A stretch of DNA of 64,000 bases. It comes from Dehalococcoidia bacterium (GTDB lineage Bacteria; Chloroflexota; Dehalococcoidia; Dehalococcoidales; UBA1222). Of this stretch, positions 22,931-33,263 are shown piece after piece. The stretch covers positions 59-64,058 of the forward strand of contig WREQ01000002.1 in NCBI GenBank assembly GCA_009779255.1. The letters run 5' to 3'. Each line of letters starts with the position of its first letter. The first letter of the stretch is position 1. Below the pieces are notes generated by a model. The model saw nothing but the letters and a program-made list of their open reading frames with translations. It had not been told where the DNA came from and searched no databases. The position numbers were made by a program, and so were the translations under genes.

Positions 22931-23581
22931 CTAGGAGAACCCGCCCATGGCCGCTACAATGCGTCCGGTAACAACACGCGGGTCGCCTTCCCCATCAACC
23001 TCAATCAGCTTGCCCTTTTTCCTGTAATACTCAATCAACGGCTGGGTTTGCTCGAAGTAAACCTCCAAACGCTTCTCGACAGTAGCCGGCTTGTCATCCT
23101 CCCGCTGATAAAGTTCATTCCCGCACTTCATGCAGACCGCAGGACCACCCTGCGCGCTGTCGCGCGTGTGCGGAGACTGACAGGCTAAGCACAGCCAGCG
23201 CCCCCCCAGTCGGCGCACCAGCTCAAACCGATCAACCCGAATATAAACCACGCCTTTCAAAGTCCCCACCCCACCCAAGGCGCCATCCAAGCATTCAGCC
23301 TGAGCCAAATTGCGGGGAAAGCCATCCAGTATAATCCCCCCCTGCGGAATGCCGGTCAGCCGGTCAAGCACCATCCGAACAGTAATCTCATCCGGCACCA
23401 GCGCTCCACTCTCGATGAAAGCCTTTACCTTCTGCCCCAGCTCGTCGCCGCGCTGCACAGCCTGACGAAACAACTCGCCGGTGGACATATGCTCCAAGCT
23501 AAGTTCACCCGCCACCAGCGTGGCCTGAGTTCCCTTTCCGGCGCCCGGAGCTCCCAGAAATACGATGATATTTTTCGTCAA
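22931..23581 (-). CDS. adk: adenylate kinase (Cys4 zinc-lid type)
   Basis: P-loop GAPGAGKGTQ. Lid cysteines CLAC..CMKC. An in-frame TTG at 23581 gives the start (M)TKNIIVFLG, 9 nt after the secY stop. The longer track ORF overlaps secY. Confidence 0.9.
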   Translation of the reverse strand: MTKNIIVFLGAPGAGKGTQATLVAGELSLEHMSTGELFRQAVQRGDELGQKVKAFIESGALVPDEITVRMVLDRLTGIPQGGIILDGFPRNLAQAECLDGALGGVGTLKGVVYIRVDRFELVRRLGGRWLCLACQSPHTRDSAQGGPAVCMKCGNELYQREDDKPATVEKRLEVYFEQTQPLIEYYRKKGKLIEVDGEGDPRVVTGRIVAAMGGFS

Positions 23582-23589
23582 AGCACTCT

Positions 23590-24918
23590 CTACTTGAGAA
23601 AACCCTCGTAGCGACGCATCGCCAGTTGAGCTTCCATCTGTTTCATGGTATCCAGCACCACACCAACTGAAATCAACATACCCGAGCTGGAAAGCGTAAT
23701 CACCTGCGCCACACCAGGGGTAACCAACTGCGCCATGAAAGGCACGATGGCAATTATGGCCAGAAAAAGCGCTCCCGCCCATGTGATACGCATGATGACC
23801 CCGTTAAGGTATTCAGAAGTCTGCTTGCCTGGACGAATGCCAGGTACGAATCCACCCTGGCGCTGCAACACATTCGGCAGATCCTGCTGCTGGAAAATTA
23901 CGGTAGTGTAAAAGAAAGCGAAACCGACTACCAACAGGAAATAGAGCCCCCAGTAGACCAGCCCCTGCGGCAACGGAGTGCCAGGGCTGAACGTGCGATA
24001 AATCCCGCTGGCGATACCGGTGCCGTTCATGGACCCGCCGAACCACTGCGCAATAACACCGGGGAAAGTAACCATGGCCATGGAAAAAATCAACGGAATC
24101 ATGCCGGCAGTATTAACACGCATCGGGATATGGCTCGCGCCGCTCTGCCGATACATGCGCCCGCCGCGAAAAACGCTCTTGGCATACTGCACCGGTATGC
24201 GCCGGTGCGCCTCAGTGAAAATCACAATCGCATAAGCGGTTACCAGCGCCAGAATGACGAATACGATCAAGCCGGCAATCTCCCCTTCCTGCCCGACAAA
24301 ATAACCCTGTCCGATTTGCGTCGGCAGAGAAGCCATGATTCCAGCAAAGATAATGATCGAGATGCCGTTGCCGATACCATATTGGGTGATCTGTTCACCC
24401 AGCCACACAAGGAACATTGAGCCGGCAATCAGCGAAAGCACAATCGCAACAGTCGCAAGCATGTCTCCGGAGGCAATCGCCCCCGCATTGCGCAGCAGTG
24501 TCAGCTGGGCATAACCCTGTAACCCAGCTAGCGGTATCATCAACCAGTGCGTAATGGCGCTGATGCGCTTGCGCCCGCTCTCACCTTCTCCTGCCAGTCG
24601 CTGCAGCGGCGGGAGAACCGGCGTCATCAGCGTAATTATGATACTTGCAGTGATATAAGGGTAAACACCCATGGCCGCCAGGCTGAAATTCTGCAACGCC
24701 CCGCCGCTGAATAAGTCAAGCATGCCCAGCAACGGATTGCTGCCAAGATAAACCTGCAGAACAGCAGCATCCACACCAGGAACCGGTACGTGCGCCATGA
24801 AACGGAACACCACCAGTATGCCAAAGGTAATCAACAGCCTTTTCCGCAAATCGGGAAGACTGAAGGCATCAATCATCGCCTGGATTAGACGCGGACGAGA
24901 TGCCGCCTTTTGTGCCAT
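23590..24918 (-). CDS. secY: preprotein translocase subunit SecY
   Basis: 442 aa, polytopic. Canonical position after rplO. Confidence 0.97.
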   Translation of the reverse strand: MAQKAASRPRLIQAMIDAFSLPDLRKRLLITFGILVVFRFMAHVPVPGVDAAVLQVYLGSNPLLGMLDLFSGGALQNFSLAAMGVYPYITASIIITLMTPVLPPLQRLAGEGESGRKRISAITHWLMIPLAGLQGYAQLTLLRNAGAIASGDMLATVAIVLSLIAGSMFLVWLGEQITQYGIGNGISIIIFAGIMASLPTQIGQGYFVGQEGEIAGLIVFVILALVTAYAIVIFTEAHRRIPVQYAKSVFRGGRMYRQSGASHIPMRVNTAGMIPLIFSMAMVTFPGVIAQWFGGSMNGTGIASGIYRTFSPGTPLPQGLVYWGLYFLLVVGFAFFYTTVIFQQQDLPNVLQRQGGFVPGIRPGKQTSEYLNGVIMRITWAGALFLAIIAIVPFMAQLVTPGVAQVITLSSSGMLISVGVVLDTMKQMEAQLAMRRYEGFLK

Positions 24919-25361
24919 TAGATGACCTCCACCTTGCCGCCGGCGGCCTCAATTTTAGCTTTGGCCGCCTCTGAACATGCGCTTACTCTGACAGTCAGAG
25001 CACGATCAATTTCACCCCCAGCCAGAATCTTTACCGGGATATCGGCAGACTTGATCAACCTCGCACTCAGCAGAACCTGAGGCGTAACCTCGCTACCAGC
25101 CTCAAATCTGCTGAGATCCGATATATTAAGGATAGAAAATTCCTTCTTGAACAGATTGACGAAGCCGCGCTTCTCAGGCAAACGCTTGATAATGGGAAGC
25201 TGGCCGCCCTCAAAACCGGGGCGTACACCGAAACCGGCACGCGCCTTATTGCCTTTGCAACCGCGCCCTGAAAAAGTTCCGTGGCCGCTTCCGACTCCGC
25301 GTCCGACCCGTTTCGCCGCTTTACGAGCGCCCGGGGCGGGAGTAAGTTCATGCTGCTTCAT
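24918..25361 (-). CDS. rplO: 50S ribosomal protein L15
   Basis: 147 aa. ..GRGVGSGHGTFSGRG.KG... Confidence 0.97.
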   Translation of the reverse strand: MKQHELTPAPGARKAAKRVGRGVGSGHGTFSGRGCKGNKARAGFGVRPGFEGGQLPIIKRLPEKRGFVNLFKKEFSILNISDLSRFEAGSEVTPQVLLSARLIKSADIPVKILAGGEIDRALTVRVSACSEAAKAKIEAAGGKVEVI

Positions 25362-25546
25362 TAAGACACCTCCTCCACCTTGACCAAGTGCCTTACTTTG
25401 ACCACCATGCCGCGCAGGGACAGCGAATCTTCATGTAAAACGCTCTGGTTAAGCTTTTTTAGCCCCAGCGATTTGATGGTGCGCTTTTGGTCTTCGGCAT
25501 AGCCGATATCGCTTTTGAGCCATGTTATCTTGAGTTTAGCCGTCAC
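25361..25546 (-). CDS. rpmD: 50S ribosomal protein L30
   Basis: 61 aa. ..[11 protein letters not shown]....KRTIKSLGL... Confidence 0.95.
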   Translation of the reverse strand: MTAKLKITWLKSDIGYAEDQKRTIKSLGLKKLNQSVLHEDSLSLRGMVVKVRHLVKVEEVS

Positions 25547-26069
25547 TGGTCGCCTCCTGAACAGCCGCAGCGCTCTTGCGCTTAGCCAGTTCTTTCTTGG
25601 GATCTTTCAGGTTTGAAAGCGCCAGAATTACCGCCTTGGCGACATTGGTTTTATTAGCGCTGCCCAGCGATTTGGTAAGAATATCACCGATACCGGCCGC
25701 CTCAACGATGGCACGCACCGAGCCGCCAGCGATGATGCCGATGCCCGGAGCCGCCGGCTTAAGCAACACTTGCGCCGCGCCAAACTTGGCGGTCACCTCA
25801 TAAGGAATGGTACTCCCCGCCATCGGTACCCTTATAAGATGCTTGTGCGCCACCGAATTCGCCTTGTTGATAGCTTCCGGCACTTCGTTGGATTTGCCCA
25901 CGCCGATGCCGACATGGCCGGCACCATCTCCACTGACCACAAGGGCGGTAAAGCTCAAGCGTTTGCCTCCCTTGAGCACCTTGGAGACACGATTGATATA
26001 AATCAATTTGTCGGTGAGTGCCAGTTCGGTCGGGTCGATCTTGCTTCTGGTAATGCTTTCCTTAGCCAC
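25536..26069 (-). CDS. rpsE: 30S ribosomal protein S5
   Basis: 177 aa. ..[30 protein letters not shown]... Confidence 0.97.
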   Translation of the reverse strand: MAKESITRSKIDPTELALTDKLIYINRVSKVLKGGKRLSFTALVVSGDGAGHVGIGVGKSNEVPEAINKANSVAHKHLIRVPMAGSTIPYEVTAKFGAAQVLLKPAAPGIGIIAGGSVRAIVEAAGIGDILTKSLGSANKTNVAKAVILALSNLKDPKKELAKRKSAAAVQEATSDG

Positions 26070-26083
26070 TTCTTTCCGTCCTC

Positions 26084-26449
26084 TTAGAATTCCAGCCCGG
26101 CCTTGCGGGCAGCCTCGGCCAAGCTTTTGACACGGCCGTGATATTTGTACCCTCCGCGGTCAAAAACCACGGACTTAACGCCTGCCGCAAGCGCTCTCTC
26201 TGCCACAGCCGTGCCAACAAGCGCCGCCTGATCAGCTTTGATTTTGCCTTCGGACTGCTTGGCCATATCAGCCTCAAGCGTCGAAGCCGAGGTCAATGTG
26301 TGCCCCTGTTCGTCATCAATTACCTGCGCGTAAATATGCTGCAGGCTACGGAAAACGCACAGGCGAGGCCTGTCCGTGGTTCCCTTAAGATTGACTCGCA
26401 GACGCGCGTGACGCGCCTGCCGCGCTTTCCTGGTATTGAGTTTAGCCAT
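26084..26449 (-). CDS. rplR: 50S ribosomal protein L18
   Basis: 121 aa. ..[20 protein letters not shown].. and ..[22 protein letters not shown]. Confidence 0.97.
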   Translation of the reverse strand: MAKLNTRKARQARHARLRVNLKGTTDRPRLCVFRSLQHIYAQVIDDEQGHTLTSASTLEADMAKQSEGKIKADQAALVGTAVAERALAAGVKSVVFDRGGYKYHGRVKSLAEAARKAGLEF

Positions 26450-27013
26450 TTATTTCGCTTTACCTCCACCAACAGCCTTACCAGCCTTACCAGCCTTGAG
26501 CTTGATAGTCTCGCCGGAGAAACGAATGCCCTTGCCTTTATAGGAATCCGGCGGCCGGATACGACGGATTTCAGCGGCCGTCTGTCCGACAATTTCCTTA
26601 TCGATTCCCGTAACCTTGATGCCGACATTCTTGGCGTCAACCTCAAAAGCAATCCCCGGACGCGGCTTTACCGAGACCGAGTGCGTAAAACCGACGCGCA
26701 ACACTATACCGGGGCCATCTTTCTCAACACGAAAGCCCACCCCCACAACCTCAAGATTACGCTCAAAACCATTGGTGACACCCTCAACCATGTTGGCCAG
26801 CAGAGTACGCGTCAGGCCATGCATCGCGCGCATGGTCTTCTCCTCTGACGGACGCGCCACCATGAGCTTGCCATCCTCGAGAGTCAAATTCATATCAGGG
26901 CTAATCAAGCGCTTGAGCTCGCCCTTGGGTCCCTTGACGCTGACCTCGCTGTCTTTAACAGCTATCGTCACGCCCGGCGGGACAGTTATTGGCATACGAC
27001 CTATTCTGGACAT
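26450..27013 (-). CDS. rplF: 50S ribosomal protein L6
   Basis: 187 aa. MSRIGRMPITVP.GV... Confidence 0.97.
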   Translation of the reverse strand: MSRIGRMPITVPPGVTIAVKDSEVSVKGPKGELKRLISPDMNLTLEDGKLMVARPSEEKTMRAMHGLTRTLLANMVEGVTNGFERNLEVVGVGFRVEKDGPGIVLRVGFTHSVSVKPRPGIAFEVDAKNVGIKVTGIDKEIVGQTAAEIRRIRPPDSYKGKGIRFSGETIKLKAGKAGKAVGGGKAK

Positions 27014-27033
27014 TTCCGAATCCTCTATTCAAA

Positions 27034-27432
27034 TTACCAAACGTAGCAAAGCAGTTCACCGCCGAGTCCCTGCTTCCAGGCCTGATAGCTGGGCACTACG
27101 CCTTTGGAAGTAGAGAGAATGGCGATACCCATGCCACCGTAAACTCGGGGAATTTCGTTGCGCTGGACATACAACCTAAGACCGGGCTTGCTCATGCGCT
27201 TCAGACCGGTGATCATAGGCTTGTTGCGTTCCTGATATTTGAGTGCAATCTTTATCTGGCGGTCAACCCCGGTGCCGGTTAATTCATAGCCGCCGATATA
27301 GCCTTCCTGCTTCAGAATTTTAGCGATACTGAGCTTAATTCTGGATACTGGAATGCTGACGCTGTCATGACGCGCCATCGCGCCGTTGCGCAACCTTGTC
27401 AACATATCTGCAATCGGATCAGTTACTGCCAT
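27034..27432 (-). CDS. rpsH: 30S ribosomal protein S8
   Basis: 132 aa. ..[13 protein letters not shown]... Confidence 0.97.
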   Translation of the reverse strand: MAVTDPIADMLTRLRNGAMARHDSVSIPVSRIKLSIAKILKQEGYIGGYELTGTGVDRQIKIALKYQERNKPMITGLKRMSKPGLRLYVQRNEIPRVYGGMGIAILSTSKGVVPSYQAWKQGLGGELLCYVW

Positions 27433-27456
27433 CCGCTTCTCCTCCTTATTCCCGGC

Positions 27457-27642
27457 CTACCAGCTGGACTTACGCACGCCGGGAATCTGTCCCGACAGCG
27501 ACATGCGGCGAAAACAAATGCGGCACAACCCAAAAATGCGGATATAGCCCCTCGACCTGCCGCACAAATGACACCGATTGTGCTGCTGCACACGATACTT
27601 GGTGGGCCGTTTTGCTTTTACAATTTCTGATGTCTTAGCCAT
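27457..27642 (-). CDS. rpsN: 30S ribosomal protein S14, type Z (zinc-binding)
   Basis: 61 aa with CHLCGR...CRIC cysteine pairs. Confidence 0.95.
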   Translation of the reverse strand: MAKTSEIVKAKRPTKYRVQQHNRCHLCGRSRGYIRIFGLCRICFRRMSLSGQIPGVRKSSW

Positions 27643-27653
27643 ATCTTCTCCAA

Positions 27654-28193
27654 TTAGTCCTTGCTGAAGGGCATGCCAAGTGCTTCAAGTAGCTGATGCC
27701 CTTCGATATCGGTCCTGGCGGTGGTGACAATGGAAACCTCCAAGCCGCGCAGTTTGTCCACTTTTTCAAAGTCAATCTCTGGGAACACCGTCTGTTCTTT
27801 GAGTCCCAGGGTATAGTTGCCACGCCCATCCCAACCATTAGGGACACCGGCAAATTCACGAATGCGCGGCAACACAATGCTGACCAGCTTGTCGAGAAAC
27901 TCGTACATGCGCTCGCCGCGCAGCGTCACCTTGACCCCGATCGGCATGCCGACACGCAGTTTGAAGGCCGAGATAGACTTGGTGGAACGGCGCACAATGG
28001 GGCGCTGACCGGAAATGGCCGCCAGATCGTTTTGCGCCGCCTCAATAGCCTTGGCATTGGTAATCGCCTCGCCAGCACCGACGTTGAGCACCACCTTCTG
28101 AACGCGCGGCACCTGCATAACATTGGCATAGTCGTTCTGCTTTATCAAAGCAGGTACGACTTCTTTGCGGTATTTATCATGTAGTCTTGACAT
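27654..28193 (-). CDS. rplE: 50S ribosomal protein L5
   Basis: The internal ATG 28193 ([14 protein letters not shown]..) shares one base with the rplX stop (TAATG). The longer track ORF adds 7 unsupported codons. Confidence 0.95.
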   Translation of the reverse strand: MSRLHDKYRKEVVPALIKQNDYANVMQVPRVQKVVLNVGAGEAITNAKAIEAAQNDLAAISGQRPIVRRSTKSISAFKLRVGMPIGVKVTLRGERMYEFLDKLVSIVLPRIREFAGVPNGWDGRGNYTLGLKEQTVFPEIDFEKVDKLRGLEVSIVTTARTDIEGHQLLEALGMPFSKD

Positions 28194-28504
28194 TAGTCCA
28201 ACACCTCTTGGCACACCTTACAGGCACGCGCGCGGCTTCCGTCTTTCTTAATCTTCGTGCCAATGCGCGCTGGCTTGTTGCACTTGGGACACAGCAGCAT
28301 AACATTGGAAACCTGAAGTTTCTCCTCGCGTTTGATAATGCCCGCCTGCTTGACCTGGCCGCGCGGACGAGTGTGCTTCTTTATAATGTTGACGCCATCG
28401 ACCAGCACCTTGTTCTCACGCGGGTAGGCAAAATGCACCTTACCCTTCTTGCCACGGTCCTTGCCGGCGATCACCAGCACCGTATCGTTCTTTTTTATCT
28501 TCAT
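28193..28504 (-). CDS. rplX: 50S ribosomal protein L24
   Basis: 103 aa. [22 protein letters not shown].. KOW motif. Confidence 0.97.
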   Translation of the reverse strand: MKIKKNDTVLVIAGKDRGKKGKVHFAYPRENKVLVDGVNIIKKHTRPRGQVKQAGIIKREEKLQVSNVMLLCPKCNKPARIGTKIKKDGSRARACKVCQEVLD

Positions 28505-28515
28505 CAGTCAACCAC

Positions 28516-28884
28516 CTACAGTACTTCAGGAGCCAAGGAGAGAATCTTGTTGAAATTCCTCTCCCTTAACTCGCGGGCTACCGGTCCAAAAATGCGTGTC
28601 CCCTTGGGATTGTTCTCATCCCCCAGGATCACCCCTGCGTTATCATCAAAACGAATATAGGAGCCGTCGCTACGCCGATACGGTTCCGAAATACGCACGA
28701 TAACTGCTTTTACTACGTCACCCTTTTTAACCACAGCATCAGGTGTAGCACGCTTTACCGAGCAGGAAATCACATCTCCAACGCGCGCTTCCTTGCGCCC
28801 TGTGCCGCCGGGAATGTTGATGCACATTATCTGGCGGGCCCCGGTGTTATCCGCCACCTTCAATCTGGTGTATTGTTTAATCAC
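28516..28884 (-). CDS. rplN: 50S ribosomal protein L14
   Basis: 122 aa. [17 protein letters not shown]... Confidence 0.97.
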   Translation of the reverse strand: MIKQYTRLKVADNTGARQIMCINIPGGTGRKEARVGDVISCSVKRATPDAVVKKGDVVKAVIVRISEPYRRSDGSYIRFDDNAGVILGDENNPKGTRIFGPVARELRERNFNKILSLAPEVL

Positions 28885-28897
28885 GGTGCTAACCTCT

Positions 28898-29176
28898 TTA
28901 GATTACTTCCTCAGGCTTGACTTCGGGCACTTCTCCGCGGGTCAGGATTTCCGTCACACGCCAGCGCTTCAACTTGGACAATGGCCTCGTCTCAACGATG
29001 CGCACCTTGTCCTCCAGTTTGCACTCGCCCTTTTCGTCATGCGCCAAGTATTTCACCATTATCCGATAGGTCTTGCGGTACAACGGATGATGTTTCTGTT
29101 TCTCGACCGCCACAACCACGGTTTTGCTCATCTTGGTGCCAACCACGACACCTCTCATGCTTTTAATATTGGCCAT
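28898..29176 (-). CDS. rpsQ: 30S ribosomal protein S17
   Basis: 92 aa. ..[17 protein letters not shown].....HPLY.K... Confidence 0.96.
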   Translation of the reverse strand: MANIKSMRGVVVGTKMSKTVVVAVEKQKHHPLYRKTYRIMVKYLAHDEKGECKLEDKVRIVETRPLSKLKRWRVTEILTRGEVPEVKPEEVI

Positions 29177-29178
29177 AA

Positions 29179-29391
29179 CTAATCCTGCCCCTTGCTAATC
29201 TCGCGCTCCCGCTGTACAGTCTTGATGCGGGCAACGTCGCGGCGATACTGCGGAATCTCACGGTGATTCTTGATCTGTTTGGTGGCTGCCTTAAAGCGTA
29301 AATCCAGCAGATCGCGATGCGTTTCGTCCAATCTCTTGTTTAAGACATCGTCGCTGAGCGCCCTGATATCCTTAATTTTCAACAGAAACAT
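29179..29391 (-). CDS. rpmC: 50S ribosomal protein L29
   Basis: 70 aa. ..[15 protein letters not shown]....LDLRF... Overlaps the rplP 3' end; the start could be a few codons later. Confidence 0.93.
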   Translation of the reverse strand: MFLLKIKDIRALSDDVLNKRLDETHRDLLDLRFKAATKQIKNHREIPQYRRDVARIKTVQREREISKGQD

Positions 29392-29818
29392 CCTCCTTTA
29401 CCGCCGGAGCAACCTCCCTGGTCACGAAGCGGGTGTCAAAGGGCAACTTGTAAGATGCCAGTCTCATAGCTGCCTTAGCAGTATCATGGTCCACGCCGCC
29501 CAGCTCAAACAGGATGCGCCCGGTTTTAATCACAGCCACCCAATGGTCAGGCGCGCCCTTACCGCCTCCCATACGAACCTCGGCTGGTTTTTTGGTGACC
29601 GGCTTGTCAGGGAAGACACGAATCCACACCTTGCCGCCACGATGCACACGACGCACGATAGCGCGACGGGCTGCCTCAATCTGGCGCGAAGTCATCCATG
29701 CCGAACCCATTGCCTGCAAGGCGAACTCGCCAAAAGCCAGCGTAGCGCCGGCATGAGCCGTACCGCTACGGCGGCCCTTATGAGTTTTTCTGAATTTAAC
29801 ACGTTTCGGTTGTAACAT
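29372..29818 (-). CDS. rplP: 50S ribosomal protein L16
   Basis: 148 aa. [15 protein letters not shown]... Confidence 0.97.
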   Translation of the reverse strand: MLQPKRVKFRKTHKGRRSGTAHAGATLAFGEFALQAMGSAWMTSRQIEAARRAIVRRVHRGGKVWIRVFPDKPVTKKPAEVRMGGGKGAPDHWVAVIKTGRILFELGGVDHDTAKAAMRLASYKLPFDTRFVTREVAPAVKEDVSVEN

Positions 29819-29848
29819 CTGGTTCCCCTAAATCGTCTGTCGCGGACG

Positions 29849-30868
29849 CTATTCTTTTTTGGAGCGAGTACTGGTTTCCTCTGTCTCAGGCTTGGCGCCA
29901 GACGTCTTGACCTTGGACTTGAGTTTTGCCTCGGCCTTGGCATCAGGCTCCACCACCGCCTCGGCTTTCTTCTCCGGCTTGCGAGGAGTTTTACTACCAG
30001 ACTCTTTTTCCTTGGGCTTCGCGGCGGCTTCAACGACCACTTCCTTGGTTTCCACGCCAGACTCCACCTTCTTTCGCACACGCGGCTTCTTAACATCGGC
30101 AGGCTTGGCTTCAGCAGAATCCTTGGCCGGAACCACTTTCAGCCGTGCAACCGCTTCAACCATGGTGATATCTTTGGCAGAAACCGGAGGCGGAGCCTCA
30201 ACCTGGGTTTCAATAACGGCAACATCCTCAATTGCAGACACAGGGAAAATGTCGCCACGATAAATCCAGACCTTGACCCCGATGCGCCCCAACGTGGTAT
30301 GAGCCTCTGTAAAACCGTAATCAATGTCGGCGCGTAGCGTCTGCAGCGGCACACGCCCCTGATGCATCATTTGACGGCGAGCGATTTCAACACCGCCCAG
30401 ACGTCCCGAGCAAATAATCCTCATCCCTTTGGCACCAGCCTGCAAGGTGCGGAAGATGCTTTGCTTCATCGCACGGCGATAAGCCACGCGACGCTCCATC
30501 TGTTCAGCTACGGAGCGGGCCACCAGATAAGCGTCCAGTTCCGGCTGGCGGATTTCACGAATATCCAACTGGATCTTCTTGCCGCCCAGCACGCCCTCAA
30601 GGTATTGCCGCATCTCTTCAACGCGCTGACCGCCGCGGCCGATGACAATGCCGGGACGCGAGGTATGCACGGTAACGCTTATCTTGCCTCCCTGGCGCTC
30701 GATTTCCACCGCAGAGATACCGGCGTCGGAATATCTGGTCTTAACCGCCTTGCGCAGCTTGACATCCTCAAGAATGAACTCGGCATAATGCTTGTCGTCA
30801 TACCACTTGGACTGCCACTCGCGGATGACGCCCAGACGAAAACCCAGCGGATGAACTTTACGTCCCAT
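29849..30868 (-). CDS. rpsC: 30S ribosomal protein S3 with a long Lys/Glu/Ala/Pro-rich C-terminal extension
   Basis: MGRKVHPLGFRLG.. with KH and S3-C domains in the first ~230 aa, then ~110 extra low-complexity residues (..KKPRVRKKVESGVETKE..KPKEKESGSKTPRKPEKKAEA..). Confidence 0.95.
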   Translation of the reverse strand: MGRKVHPLGFRLGVIREWQSKWYDDKHYAEFILEDVKLRKAVKTRYSDAGISAVEIERQGGKISVTVHTSRPGIVIGRGGQRVEEMRQYLEGVLGGKKIQLDIREIRQPELDAYLVARSVAEQMERRVAYRRAMKQSIFRTLQAGAKGMRIICSGRLGGVEIARRQMMHQGRVPLQTLRADIDYGFTEAHTTLGRIGVKVWIYRGDIFPVSAIEDVAVIETQVEAPPPVSAKDITMVEAVARLKVVPAKDSAEAKPADVKKPRVRKKVESGVETKEVVVEAAAKPKEKESGSKTPRKPEKKAEAVVEPDAKAEAKLKSKVKTSGAKPETEETSTRSKKE

Positions 30869-31206
30869 TAACCCTCCTGCTCCGCCACCACCACCGTGAT
30901 GTGGCTGGAACGCTTCAAAATGCGATCGGCACGACCGCGCGCTCTCGGTTGAAAACGTTTCATCATCGGCGCGTCGTCGGCATAGATTTTAACAATTTTC
31001 AGTTCTGAGGCAGTCAGCTGGAAATTATTCTCAGCGTCGGCAGCGGCAGTCTTGATAGCCTTGGCCACCACACGCGCCGAAGGCGAAGAGGCAAACTTAA
31101 GCGTCATCAACGCATCTTCCACTTTCCTGCCACGCACCAGATTCAGCAGCAACCGAATCTTGCGCGACGAGTAACCCGTATCCTTTGCGACCGTTTTAAC
31201 TTCCAT
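30868..31206 (-). CDS. rplV: 50S ribosomal protein L22
   Basis: 112 aa. ..SSRKIRLLLNLVRGRKVEDAL..L.F... Confidence 0.97.
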   Translation of the reverse strand: MEVKTVAKDTGYSSRKIRLLLNLVRGRKVEDALMTLKFASSPSARVVAKAIKTAAADAENNFQLTASELKIVKIYADDAPMMKRFQPRARGRADRILKRSSHITVVVAEQEG

Positions 31207-31215
31207 GCTTCAATC

Positions 31216-31503
31216 CTAGCCCTTCGACTGGGTAGTCTTTTCTGATTTGGAGGAATGCCCGCGAAAAGTGCGGGTGACAGCGAACTCACCCAACCGATGG
31301 CCGACCATATTCTCAGTGATAAAAATCGGCACGTGCCTCCTGCCGTCATGCACCCCGATGTTCAGTCCCACCATTTCGGGGAGGACGGTTGACCAGCGCG
31401 CCCATGTCTTGATTACTACCTTTTTGCCCGAGTGGTTGACATCATCAACCTTCTTCATCAGCTTGGCGTCTATAGCCGGACCCTTTTTAACTGACCTTGA
31501 CAT
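31216..31503 (-). CDS. rpsS: 30S ribosomal protein S19
   Basis: 95 aa. [13 protein letters not shown].... Confidence 0.97.
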   Translation of the reverse strand: MSRSVKKGPAIDAKLMKKVDDVNHSGKKVVIKTWARWSTVLPEMVGLNIGVHDGRRHVPIFITENMVGHRLGEFAVTRTFRGHSSKSEKTTQSKG

Positions 31504-32331
31504 TTATTTACCTCGCCGCTTGACAATCAATTTATCCGAAGGCTTAGGCTTGCGTGTCTTATAGCCCAGCGCCGGTTTGCCCCAAGGAGTCTTCGGGCCT
31601 GCCATACCGATCGGAGAGCGTCCCTCGCCGCCACCATGCGGATGGTCGCGAGGAGTCATGGCGATGCCGCGCACCGCGGGGCGCCATCCCATGCGCCGCT
31701 TACGCCCAGCCTTGCCCAATTTGACATTGGAGTGCTCCAAGTTCCCCACCTGCCCCACCGTGGCGCGACACTCCGCGCGCACGCGGCGCATTTCGCCGGA
31801 AGGCAGGCGAACCAGCACATAATCGCCTTCCTTTGCCATCAGTTGGGCAACCGCGCCAGCCGAGCGCACCAGCTTGCCGCCGCGCCCGACCTCGGTCTCA
31901 ATATTGTGAATCAGCGTGCCGGTAGGCATATTCCTGAGCGGCAGGGTATTGCCGGGCTTAAGCTCGGCGTCCTCGGCCACCTTGACCATTTCCCCCACCT
32001 TCACGCCGCTGGGCGATATGATGTAGCGCTTGTCGCCATCGACGTAATGAATCAGTGCCAGATTGGCAGAGCGATTGGGATCGTACTCAATCGCCGCCAC
32101 TTTTCCGGGAACACCGACCTTGTCACGCTTGAAATCCACAATGCGCAAACGGCGCTTGACTCCCGAGCCGCGATGGCGCACCGTGAGCTTGCCTTGGGAA
32201 TTACGCCCGGCACTCTGCTTACGCGGAGCCAGCAACGCCTTTTCCGGAGTGCTTTTAGTGATCTCCTCATAAGTAAGCCCAGTCATGCCACGCCTGCCTG
32301 GCGAAGTCGGGCGATAAACTTTGATACCCAT
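31504..32331 (-). CDS. rplB: 50S ribosomal protein L2
   Basis: 275 aa. ..[18 protein letters not shown]... Confidence 0.98.
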   Translation of the reverse strand: MGIKVYRPTSPGRRGMTGLTYEEITKSTPEKALLAPRKQSAGRNSQGKLTVRHRGSGVKRRLRIVDFKRDKVGVPGKVAAIEYDPNRSANLALIHYVDGDKRYIISPSGVKVGEMVKVAEDAELKPGNTLPLRNMPTGTLIHNIETEVGRGGKLVRSAGAVAQLMAKEGDYVLVRLPSGEMRRVRAECRATVGQVGNLEHSNVKLGKAGRKRRMGWRPAVRGIAMTPRDHPHGGGEGRSPIGMAGPKTPWGKPALGYKTRKPKPSDKLIVKRRGK

Positions 32332-32340
32332 GTTTTCTCC

Positions 32341-32634
32341 TTAGACGCCCTCAAACAGCTGGATTTTGTCGCCGGCCTTGAGCGTTACGATTGCCTTTTT
32401 CCATGGCGAAGTGGTCATCATACGGCGGCCCGCTCTGCGGGTTTTGCCCTTGACCATAATGACATTGACAGCGGTGACCGTAACCCCGAAAGCCTTCTCC
32501 ACCGCCTGCTTCACCTGTGCCTTATTGGCACCGTCAGCCACCTTGAAAGAATACTTGCCCTGTGCCTGCAGCCCCGCACCCTTTTCGGTAATCAGGGGCT
32601 TGCGTAGCACCTCATACACCTGAATGGCTTTCAT
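32341..32634 (-). CDS. rplW: 50S ribosomal protein L23
   Basis: The internal ATG 32634 (MKAIQVYEVLRKPLITEK..) shares one base with the rplD stop. The six upstream codons in the track ORF are unsupported. Confidence 0.95.
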   Translation of the reverse strand: MKAIQVYEVLRKPLITEKGAGLQAQGKYSFKVADGANKAQVKQAVEKAFGVTVTAVNVIMVKGKTRRAGRRMMTTSPWKKAIVTLKAGDKIQLFEGV

Positions 32635-33263
32635 TAGGCGGCACCTCCCCACAGCTCTTCTATCTGCCGCAGAGCGGCCTCGGTGAGCAACAGTTTGTCA
32701 TAGGTCAGCATGTCAGCCACATTCAAGAGCCTAGCCGGCATGGTTTTGACCGACGACAGGTTGCGGGCACTCTTGACCACGTTCTGATCCACCTCGTGTA
32801 GCGCCAGAATAGCGGTGTTCTCAATGTTCAGCGCTTTCATGAGATTGACTATTTCCTTGGTTTTAGGCTCTTCCAAGACGAGTTCATCCAGCACCACCAG
32901 CCCCTTTTCCGCGGCCTTGGACGACAGCACACAGCGAATCGCCAGACGGCGCGCCTTCTTGGTAAGCGAATCGGAAAAACTGCGCGGATGAGGACCAAAA
33001 ATGACCCCTCCACCGCGTCTGAGGCCGCTCTTGCGGGAGCCGGCACGCGCCCGTCCGGTATGCTTCTGTTGATGCAATTTTTTGGAACTGCCAGCCACCT
33101 CTGAACGTGTCTTGGTATCCGCAGTACCCTGACGGGCGTTGGCGCGCTGAGCCAGCAATGCCTGATGCACTACCGCGTCATTGGCTTCACGGGCGAATAC
33201 AGCATCGGATATATCAATATTGCGCACGACCTCGCCTCTTTTGTTATAAACCGGAATGTTCAC
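32634..33263 (-). CDS. rplD: 50S ribosomal protein L4
   Basis: 209 aa. ..KTRSEVAGSSKKLHQQKHTGRAR.GS... Confidence 0.97.
   Translation of the reverse strand: MNIPVYNKRGEVVRNIDISDAVFAREANDAVVHQALLAQRANARQGTADTKTRSEVAGSSKKLHQQKHTGRARAGSRKSGLRRGGGVIFGPHPRSFSDSLTKKARRLAIRCVLSSKAAEKGLVVLDELVLEEPKTKEIVNLMKALNIENTAILALHEVDQNVVKSARNLSSVKTMPARLLNVADMLTYDKLLLTEAALRQIEELWGGAA

Noticed and set aside
23582-23782. Upstream extension of the adk ORF (283-aa version)
   Set aside because: It overlaps the 3' end of secY and has no similarity to adenylate kinases. An in-frame TTG right after the secY stop gives the canonical N-terminus.
31636-32607. Long antisense ORFs opposite ribosomal and core genes (31636-32607, 17402-18115, 34601-35533, 35681-36328, 36375-36845, 12335-13015, 40233-40848, 45496-46341)
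   Set aside because: They are mirror-frame ORFs, common in GC-rich coding DNA. Their translations are Arg/Ala/Gly/His-rich without motifs, while the opposite strand encodes unmistakable conserved proteins.
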